The notes under the pieces are model-generated. The model saw nothing but the letters and a program-made list of their open reading frames with translations, was not told the origin of the DNA and did not search any database. Shown here in pieces: positions 54,534 through 64,000 of a stretch of 64,000 nt of DNA (its first letter is position 1; each line of letters starts with the position of its first letter). The DNA is taken from contig JBHGNT010000020.1 of NCBI GenBank assembly GCA_043228905.1, positions 2,046,001-2,110,000 of the forward strand, written 5' to 3'. The translations under genes and the position numbers were made by a program. This DNA comes from Azolla caroliniana (Eukaryota > Plantae > Polypodiophyta).

Positions 54534-55021
54534 CACAGTTTCCTTGTCATTTCTTCACCAAACGAAGGAAAACTGTGTTCTGATATGCAAATTTCTCATG
54601 TAAACGTGATGTCTTATAGAAAGAGAGGCTGTGATGAAACAAGATGAGATTAAGGAATCAAGGAAAGAGATTTTGATCTCTCATGTAATCTCACCAGGTG
54701 TAATCGAAACAAAGACTGTGAGCTTACATCGAAATTCTAAACGAGAAGTCCATCAGGTAGAACTCATGACATGTCATTGAAGCATAGACTGTGAACTTAC
54801 ATAGGAATTCTGAACTAGAAGTCCATTAGGTGAAACAAGAAATCCATCAGGCAGAACTCATGAGATGTCATTGAAGCACAGATTGTGAACTTACGTAGGA
54901 ATTACGAGTTCTGAACGAGAAGTCCATCAGGGGAAACAAGAAGTCCAGCAGGCAGAACACATGAGATGTCATTTAAGCAAAGACTGCAAACTTACATAGA
55001 AATTCTGAACAAGAATTCCAT
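51502..55021 (-). CDS. HVA22: HVA22-like protein, copy 3; exons 54996-55021, 53132-53230, 52739-52795, 52600-52663, 52030-52224, 51502-51873
   Basis: Appears identical to copy 1 at offset +25060. Confidence 0.87.
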
Positions 55022-55243
55022 CAGGTGAAACCCGCAGCGAATTTCTTCTTCTTCCTCTTCTTCTCTTATTCCCAGGAAAGAAATGGATGGAAGGAGAGAG
55101 AAAAGCTGGAAGCACTTGAGAAATCCTGCGAAGACAAACTGTTGACAAATAGTTCATGATGGATGATCGAGCGTCAATGAAGAAGAAGAAGACAGCGATG
55201 ATGAATACGATTGAGATTGAGCTTCGATGACGATGACGATGAC

Positions 55244-55291
<48 letters not shown>

Positions 55292-56312
55292 GATGAAGAT
55301 GATGAAGAAGAAGAAGAAGAAGAAGAAGCGGAGGAAGAAGAAGAAGGCGCACGGTGATGGCGGTGGTGGTGGAGATGATGAAGAAGAAGAAAAAGAAGGC
55401 AATACAGGCAGATGCACAAACCCTAATTTCTCTGGTGATTTGCTTGCTTGTTATGTTCCCCGTGTGTGTGTTGCTTTCTTAGGGTTGGCGTTGGTTGTTC
55501 ACCTCCTTCGAATCCAGAAATGAAATGGAATGGGAAACGAAGAGGAATTTCCCTCTCGTCCTTACTACTTACTATGCTATCGTTAAAACGATTCAAACAG
55601 AGCACAAAACACGGAGTTGAGCGAAACAGGCTTCAGTTATGTATTATGTATTTTATGCGGTCAAAGGAAACAGGCTTCAGTTTATGTATTTATGTATTTT
55701 ATGCATGCATGTCAAGGGAAACAGGCTTCAGTTGATGTATTGTGTATTGTGTATTGTGTATTGTGTATTATGTATTATGTATTATGCATGCAGTCAAGGC
55801 AAAAACAGTCTCGTGAAAAAACTTAAAAGAGAGAGACAGAAGAGAAAGGCAGAGAGGAGTTTCTTGGATGTATACATAACAAGGATATGGATGCATGGAG
55901 AGAATAGAAGCATAAGGATATAGATGCATGGAGAGAATAGAAGTATAAGGATATGGATGCATGGAGAGAATAGAAGAAACTACATATATACTGCACCACC
56001 GCACCATGCGTGCTCTACAAGCCCTATAGAGAGACGAAGCAAAAAAATGTGGAGTCGCTCCACAAGCCCCTACTAGCTAGCTAATCCATGAATGTTGCCC
56101 AGATTCAAATCTATAGGAGCATTTAGTTTGGAATGGCGCTATTTCAAATCAATTACCATTTAACAAGTGCATGTAATTTAATCTTAGAAGCCTCGATAGT
56201 CGTAAGAGATGCGACTACATATACGTACGAAGAGCTACATTGTAAGCGTGGTGAAGCCGAGTGAGCGCCTTTGGGACATATATTATATAACGCGTTGCGA
56301 GCAAGCGCGGAG

Positions 56313-57110
56313 ATGTTCAGGAACCGGTGGTGGCGTTGGTGGACCACGGTTCGGAAATAAATCTGATGTCCATGGACTTCTACAAGAAGGGGAAATGGCC
56401 GATCAACACCAAGCACAGGTGGAAGATACGGGCAGTGACGCGCGCCACTGAGGAACTACATGGGGCCTGCCCAAACGTGCGAGTCAAGATCGGCGACGTT
56501 GAGATAGACCAGCACTTCTTTGTGCAGGAGACGTCCTCGCACCCGGTCATACTGGGAGAACCGTACATTGCGGCAGCGCGAATGGAGACCAAGGTGTTGG
56601 ACAACGGGTCGGCTTACGCGAGGGTCAAGAGTCAGGACGGGCGTCATTCGGTCCAGTTCCTGACGGTGCGACCGAACCACGAGCGAAACCGCGAGTCCTT
56701 CGGTGGCGAGAACCGAGAGGATTTTTAGAGAGGGTTGTCAAGGCGTGGGGCCGCGACAGTTCGGACACTCTGGGAAAACCCCACAAATGTACGATAGAGG
56801 CGAAACCGAAGAAACCTTGTACCATAGGTAGGAAGTTTTGTTTCTCTGACAACGGAGGGTGTACGATAGTCGGCGTCGTAGGTTGAGAAAAGACAAGGGC
56901 GGAAGAGCGACTTCGGGCGTGCGGAGTTCTCGGGCCCAACGAGAAAATCAACGGAGCCGTGGAGGCGGTCTCCTTTGACGATACCTTGGGAATACTGCGA
57001 GAGGTGGTCGGAGAGGGCCTTAAAGAGGACCGGACGATACCGGTTTGTTCAGAAGAGATGTACGAAGTCATCGCGGACTTCAGTCGAGGGCTCGAGTCGG
57101 ATCGGATACG
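56313..57110 (+). mobile_element. Isolated Gypsy-type internal fragment: aspartic protease and the start of the downstream pol frame
   Basis: ORF 56327-56728 contains ALVDHGSEINLM...VILGEPY (retropepsin-like). GC-rich, no LTR or TSD, abrupt junctions with array sequence at 56312 and 57111. Confidence 0.8.
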
Positions 57111-58292
57111 GTCTGTACCCTGAGAACAATGATAGTGTAACAGTTATTAGAATGAAACATCTAACACTTTTTTGAGCTCCACAATGATCAAATTTTGATT
57201 ATGACTAAACATGCGACTTCCAACAAACTATGACTAACAGAGACATGTACTGCGGAACTCGCTTGGATCGGTTTAATGTTCTTTATTAGCATTTAAAATC
57301 ACTTGATCAGGCACAAAAAACGAATCGTTGTCCTTGTGAGAAATATGATAATCGATTCTAAGTTACATTCCTTCTCGCTTCCGTAAACAGTGAAGAATCC
57401 ATAACGATGTGTAACTCTTTTAACACAGCCAAACATTTGCCTCATTCACGTTTCAGTATAATGACTATAACCTACGTTTGTGTCTGCTCATACCTTGGTA
57501 TCTGGCAGCCATAGATAAACTATGAGAGCTACTTTACTTCCACTATAGAATGGTACCCTGCATAGGCAACATACAGAGATTAATGGATGTCCAAAACTAC
57601 CTTACTTCCATAGAATTCCGATGGATAAATACCATGATATAAACGTGTCTGCCACTCTCTCAACTCCAGTAAAAACGGCCATGATCATCCTGCAAGTAAA
57701 AACGGTCATTGTCATATGTTTAGAGCGAGTGAGAGGGAGGAGTGACTAGAATCAAATACCAAAAAAAAAACAAATCAACATAGCAGGCTTCCAAGAGATG
57801 AGAGATTTAGGAAAAAGGCAGAACATATAAAACGAAGTCACATCTAATCATCAAAACCTATGTCTCACTTGACATGCATAGATCATATAAGAGAACAAAG
57901 TAGGCGCTTATGCTCCATAAATTTTGAGATTCAAGGATAACTGATTAGGAGGACCAAACATATTGCCGTAATATAGACAGGACAGCTTTTCTCCATTACA
58001 TGGTACAAATCAAGAGACTTATTTCATACCAATATTGACACCATGTCCGCAACTGCTCGAATTTCGGCTTGCTAGAATTAAGCGCCGCAAAGCACATGCA
58101 AGCTGGATACAGGTATCCAAAACATATACTGAGAAAACAAAAGAACACAAATAATCAGCATATGTTATGGTTGCTCAAGGTTCAGAGCAAGTTCGAGCCA
58201 AAAACCAAATGTTTAGATTCAAAAAATTTCCATCATTGGTTAAAAAATAGAATAGATTGTATAAAAGAAAGTGTAACTTACATACAATTCAT
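56625..58292 (-). CDS. Rearranged HVA22-like copy 4, putative chimeric ORF; exons 58282-58292, 58030-58128, 57633-57689, 57494-57557, 56625-57119; 241 aa
   Basis: HVA22 exons 2-4 are intact with splice sites. Exon 5 is cut after GTD and continues in frame into the antisense Gypsy ORF 56625-57071. ATG AAT TGT AT|GTAAG gives an in-phase first exon. The homology is clear; expression is unknown. Confidence 0.5.
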
Positions 58293-58312
58293 TCTCGATA
58301 ACAAGTCAATTA

Positions 58313-58695
58313 GATTTGATTTCGGTCTTCTTGTCAATACTCAGAGAGGGCCTGAAGATTGCTGATTCAGTCATGGACTTTGACAATTCTATGATTTTAG
58401 CAAGGGTTCTCAAGTCAGCTCTTGTCGAATTTTCTGGTCCATTTCTCTGTTGCAAAACTTGATCGAATGCTCTGATACCACTTGTTGGCTTTTGTGGTGG
58501 AATACGTATGCATCGAAACCTATAGATGCACTTCGTTAAAGTCAAGCAAATTAGACAGAGAGCTTGAAGGTATGTTATGCAAGACTAACTTGCAATAGAG
58601 GGGGGGGATGTATATACAATATACATGATAGAGCAAAAGAGCAAACCTTGTTATTCTTGGAAGGCTTACCTCCTATTTTCTACTAATGCACAACA
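58313..58695 (-). mobile_element. Truncated Copia LTR (~58483-58695), PBS and leader, diverged copy joined directly to HVA22 copy 4
   Basis: PBS GCTCTGATACCA at 58469-58480; homologous to 36464-36818; GATT microhomology at 58313-58316. Confidence 0.72.
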
Positions 58696-60347
58696 TAGCT
58701 ACACTCGTATGTTGGGCCATATACAAAGGTAGAGGGCTAAGCCTTTTATCCAAGCAAAAATGACATTTTTCACTGTTGTATGTTGTGATGGTAGTATTTC
58801 ATGGATGTCAAATATTTCACATACTGCCTACCTCTAATTAATTTAGTAACTAACAGTGAAGACCTATTGAATGAATTACTTAAAGAGGAGAATGAATTAC
58901 TTACGAGTAGAAAGGTGAGAAGATTCAACAAAGAGTAAAACGTATTTAATAAACGGTGGTGCTTAACTAAAATCACCATTGTTGTCTTACATAAACCCTT
59001 CTCCTAATCCTCTTAATCACTACGCAAACGGAAATATTAGAAAGCACTCTATAGCTGCCAACGATTCTTTACAGCAACCACATTAGGTGGTTTTACCAAA
59101 TTCCTATGTTGCTCTTAGTTTTTTGATTAATCCAAAAATGCTAAATTTTTTATCTAATAAAAGGAAGTACAAGGCACGGCCCTTTAAATTGTTGGGGAAG
59201 ACAACCAAAACGATTTTCCTTTAAACCACCCTAAAAATGGTGGATATATGTTGTCAATAACAAGTGAATCATTGATTTCTATCAAGGATATCTTGTGCAA
59301 AGGGTATGGGCCATGGCTAGTTCTTATTTGTTGTAGGTGAGATCAAATTGGAAGTATACCAATTAAGAACACCCTTTGTTTTAAGCGGTAACATTTAATT
59401 CAGAAGTTTAATAAGTCTTTCCTTCCATCGTTCCCCAAATCTGGCGATGCATGAGGTAGCATTTTTATGAGCAAGCACGCAAAAGGAGGTAGTATATAGA
59501 TCTTATGAAACAATAGTGCATCCATCTAGAGATATGTTACTTCATGTCGATTGCAAAATGTTTGTAATGGATATGCAAGATAAATGGTCATAGTTCCATT
59601 TGTTTTAGACCAGATGTACCTATGATAAAAGTTGAGATTGTATCACATTCTTCCACTTAGAACGCTTAGTGCATGTATCATAGGATTAATACCTAATTTC
59701 TCTACGAAGAATGCTTTGGCTAGCTCCACATGGGTTGAAGGGTTATTGACACATGGGCTTCAATAGAGACCCTAGAATATCATAGAGACATTACCAATGT
59801 GTTCATTTGGTATTCTAATAAAGGTATTTTGGGATTGACTTCCAATCTTTGATCACTTGGGTTCTCAAAAGATTCTACAATTCAATCCAAGTGTGTCTAA
59901 TGTTTGTGGGGGGTGAGGTGAATGGTTGCAACTACATTTCCTTTGATTAGATGTATCTCTGGCTAGCAGAAAGCTTAGTACATGCCCAAGTATATTCACG
60001 ACATCATATATGAACATCTAATTGGTTACATAAATTTCTTTTTGTTGCTCCACATGGGTGGAATGGTTTTCAAAAAGCAAACTCCATTGGAGATAATACA
60101 ATCATTATAAGCATTTATGAGTTCACAAAGCAATAAGAAATAGTTTTCTCCTTGCAAATGTCTCTTTTCCACTATGAATTTTGGGGTAATGAGATTATTT
60201 GTTGTGGAATGTTTTTGTCTTTATGTCATACAAAATTGTGTATGTAGAGCCTATTATCATAGTATTATGATAGTATTATAGCTAGAAAGCTTATTCTCCT
60301 TGTTAGCATCGTGAATGGGTTTGATCCAAATTTCCATTCTCTATTGG

Positions 60348-60526
60348 TATGATTAAGCAAGGTGCATATACATTATCCCAGGAAAAGCCCAATCTATATG
60401 ATTAGCTCCTCTTTAATGTGAGGTGTTTTGCCTAGCTAGTGTTATGATTAAGCAAGGTGCATATACATACATTATCAGAGGAAAAGCCCAATCTATATGA
60501 TTAGCTCCTATTTAATGTGAGGTGTA
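60348..60526. repeat. ~95-bp two-copy tandem duplication
   Basis: TATGATTAAGCAAGGTGCATATACA...GATTAGCTCCT..TTAATGTGAGGTGT at 60348 and 60443. Confidence 0.85.
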
Positions 60527-61636
60527 TTTATCATGTTTTGCCTAGCTATGACGCTTAGGCATTTCTTCGCTTCATTCAAATTATTATGGTTATTCAACAT
60601 GCATTTATGTTCATTTGGTCCGCATTTAAGTTGGTGTGAAAGTGAAGTTTGGGAGTTTTAATTTGTCCATCTAGGTCATGAATCATGCATGATCATGTGA
60701 TATGCATTCAGACACATCACATGATATCTTGTACTACTACATATGTTATCAATGTAGAAGTATTTATATAAATGCATATTGTTGCTTTTTTAAGAGCATG
60801 TTTTAACTCTTCTGAGAATTAAAGACACTTTAATATATCATAACGGAAAAGGTAATTTTTTGACTAGTTGGTGAAAGTACCCGATTTCACTTTGTGTAAA
60901 ATAAGAATTTAAGAAAGTACCCTCATGATAGATCTAAAAGCTAAAAGGCCTATCCTTTTAAGAGGCAATGATGCATATTACGAGTCCAAACTAAGGGAAA
61001 GAATGAAGAAACCCTCATATCGAGTGATAAAAGTACACAAGAAAGTTCTATAATAATACTAGTTACTTTGGGGTGCAAGTTCTTGACATAGGAAGCAAGA
61101 CAAATTTTCTAGGAGGGTGTTAAAGTGCCCTTCCTTTGTAAAGGTGATCCAGTGGAAAAATAAGATAATTGATTCTCAGATAAGGCAATTTTTGTTCCAA
61201 TTGAAAAAACCCAATAAACATAGCTCTTGGATCGCTACTACAAGATAGAATAAGATTTGGTAGTTTCTTTGATTCCAAATATGCCAATCCTTTTATAAGA
61301 ATATTTCCCCCTTGAAAATAGACATTCATAAGTAAATATGAAATCCAAAGTTATCCTTTTGAAAGATAGGATACTATGAAGGTGGACAGATAATAACAAG
61401 TTATTGTGACAGGATTCTTGGTTTAAAATAATATTGCAGACATTTTTCATCTTTTAATGAATTTCTTATCCATTAATGTCATTTGTGTTAGATAGACTAA
61501 TCCTTGTTAATGAGTTCATTGATACTATGAATCTCTCTCTATCAAATTTTAGTAATGGAAAGGCTACCTCACAAAAATATGCTCATTTTTGAAGATGTTG
61601 CCATTTGTTTTTAACAAAGTTAAAGATATCAAAGCT

Positions 61637-63380
61637 TCTTTTTCTTTTTCTTTTTTTTCTCCAAAAAAACTCCTTCCATTAGTTATAAAATTTTACAAAT
61701 GAGACTATTATGTACAAATCCCTGTAGGGACGCGATAGTTCTATCTTATGTGGATGCCCACTGACTCAAGAAAGGGAGAGGACGACCATTGTTGGATGAA
61801 GGCTATTCGTTGTCTTTAGAGTGGCTACAATTTCACTCCATATCTCTTGCTGTAACCTTGTTGGATGCTCGGGTTGGTTGGAGAAGATCCGTCTACACCG
61901 TTGTTTCCATAGAATCCAAAGAGTTATTGGGCTGACCAATTCCAACACAACTTGAGATTTGTCATTAAGAGGAGTTGAGTGGACATTGTCGCTGGTGGAG
62001 AAAAAAACCTCTTGTGCTTTTATCACCAAAGTTATCCCCTCTTCCTAATGCTCGTATCTGCCAACTAGGGTCTGCCATGATAGCCAACATATATTTCCCC
62101 ACTTGATTGAGCCTTACACCTGACATAATTGCAACAAGTGGCCAACCCCCGCCATATTCGATGGGACGTTGGGCAGTCCCACACAATGTGTCGTATTGAT
62201 TCTACTACATTTGAGCACTCTACACAATTAGGAGAGCTAAGGTTCCCACATTGCCATGCTCCCATCGGTAGTGACTTATGTATTAATAGCCTCGCGTGTT
62301 GTTGTTTCCAGATTTTCTGCCAAAACTTGGTGATAATTGTGTGAGGAACTTGAAGTGTGTGTCAGACCTTTGCAACAGCCAGCTCTCAGGCAGTTTGAGC
62401 AGCTAGAATGTAGCGACCCAATCTAGTTGTGAATTGGAAGAAAGGGATGGGTTTGCTTCCTTGCCCCGCATAACGATCACGCCATGTCCATTACAAAGGG
62501 TCCCAACTGACCTTACATAGCCATGTGTTTTCATGAGTACATATGTGCCAATCGGGTTGTACTTTGATCGGATCAAGATCTACAATCCATTTATGACCAG
62601 TATACGCGAGTACTCGAATTGCGTTATTTCGTGTTGGTGTCTCAGTGTCTCGCAATTCAAAGCCTTCGATCCTGTTTGGTGTTCCCCTACCTCTCGGGAT
62701 CAAAGATCCCTCCTCCTCGTAGCCTATCCATTTCTCCATTATCGTCCTTTGAGTAGCAACTTCCCTAATAAGTAAAGCATTAATGATTTTCGATCTCATA
62801 GTCCATCCGCCCCTGATTCCATGGAGTATGTTGGCTTGATCTTGTAGTGGCAGTGACATAAACCATCTCCAACATTCTATACTTTTTCCTGGACCTTCTG
62901 CAATGTATCCCCATGACAACCCCTTACGTGATCCCAATAGTTGATTAGATTCATCCTTGATACATGGGTTCCATAGGATACGTTGAATGAACCAGGCAAG
63001 TTCGGATCTCGGTTGATCGCACTTGAGCCCTCGTCTAATGCCACACCATGCCTTCCACATGGATGCACCGAATCTATCCTCCAATTGGCAGGAGAAACTA
63101 GGTTTGAGATCCATGTTTAGAATCCATCCCGTTTGGGGGGCCCAATTGACCCCTTTTCATGGCCTAAAGTAAGCGAAACATAACCACATTAGTATTTTCC
63201 AACAATCATTTCCTGGTTGGAGTCCTCGCACCACAAATTTGGCGAGTAAGGCTTTTGATTGTGAAAGGGGATCAATAAGACCCAATCCCCCTCTCAACTT
63301 AGGTGTTGTGAGTATAGGCCACGCCACCTTGACGCGAGTTACATGATCTTCCTTACCAGACCAAATGTAGACTGCATAGG
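61637..63380 (-). mobile_element. Degenerate L1-type LINE, 3' part of ORF2 plus 3' UTR and A-rich tail
   Basis: IWSG..VAWPILTTPKLRGGLGLID (RT C-terminal motif); zf-RVT-like CVEC..VESIRHIVWDC; LWILWKQRCRRIF; T-rich run on + at ~61637-61660. Confidence 0.85.
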
Positions 63381-64000
63381 GTATCTTTGATCTTGGACTT
63401 GGACCAATCCTCTTGTGTCGGAAGCAAGAGTGGAAAAGAAATTGAGGTCGTCCGTACTCCATTCTTGTGTACCGCTGATACATGTACCATTATTGTGTCC
63501 ACTGTCGTATACCCTATACCTAGCCATTTCAGGGCATTTTGCGGGTGTGGTTCAAGGTCTTGGCTAGATGTATCACACTCATTTATGGCTGGGAAGTCGA
63601 TGATCTAAGGTGTGATATTCAAACTACTGCCTTGGTTTGTTGTTTTTCCATTGGGTGCAGTTCCCTTAAAGCTCCGCATTAGGGTCTTAACATGAGTTAT
63701 CATTCGCCGCTTCCTTGTTTTGTAAGCTTTAACGAGGATTTTCTCTTGTGTGTTTGGAGTCACCTTGGGCCTTTCCTTAGGGCTTAAGAAAGCACTAGGG
63801 CAGTGTTCATCTGTGGGGGGGAGCTCAGGTAGTAGATCAGAATGATTGGGGCTCATTGGCGATGAAGGATTTTGTGACTATGGAGTTTTACGTAGGACAT
63901 GGGATTTCCCCACCACTCGTCATTCCATCACAGCCTTATCGGGGCGTGGTGGGGGAGGCTTCTAATTTCCTATGGTGTCCCGAGCTTCCAAGGTCTCCAT

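Larger units (their letters stand above)
25801..56312. repeat. Near-identical tandem segmental duplication, period 12,517-12,543 bp (~2.4 units)
   Basis: Identical ORFs recur at +12518 and +25060 (e.g. 26442/38960/51502). Only a few SNPs, homopolymer differences and one 25-bp indel were seen. Diverged homologous flanks at ~20636-25800 and 57111-59900. Confidence 0.97.

Noticed and set aside
63381-64000. Continuation of the LINE or a separate gene
   Set aside because: No recognisable RT, endonuclease or other motif; cannot be assigned from sequence alone.

Overview
Eukaryotic, TE-rich land-plant nuclear DNA; the repeat types suggest a fern or other seed-free plant, which is an inference. 1-19.7 kb is a stack of degenerate LTR retrotransposons: (i) the 3' part of a + strand Copia inserted into another LTR; (ii) a TSD-bounded Gypsy (3824-12737) with a long extra 3' ORF behind a strong splice acceptor and an almost completely deleted 3' LTR; (iii) a TSD-bounded minus-strand Copia (13668-19705) with a solo LTR nested in its 5' LTR. 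At 20.1-20.5 kb are two correctly spliced exons of an ACT-domain-repeat (ACR) gene. 20.6-59.9 kb is a tandem segmental array with a ~12.5 kb period, near-identical from ~25.8 to 56.3 kb, with older diverged copies at both ends. A full unit carries a six-exon minus-strand HVA22-like (TB2/DP1/REEP) gene with an open 270-aa reading frame that the ORF track does not show, a head-to-head PPR pseudogene, and a Copia LTR+PBS fragment. The HVA22 first intron holds a cluster of ATG+splice-donor copies of the 26-nt first coding exon (8 copies including the one modelled as exon 1). The last, rearranged copy (56625-58695) reads as a possible new chimeric gene: Copia LTR upstream, an ATG created by a 4-bp duplication, HVA22 exons 2-4, and an in-frame C-terminus from the antisense strand of a Gypsy fragment. 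A degenerate minus-strand LINE ends the window. All calls are by eye; no database searches were run.
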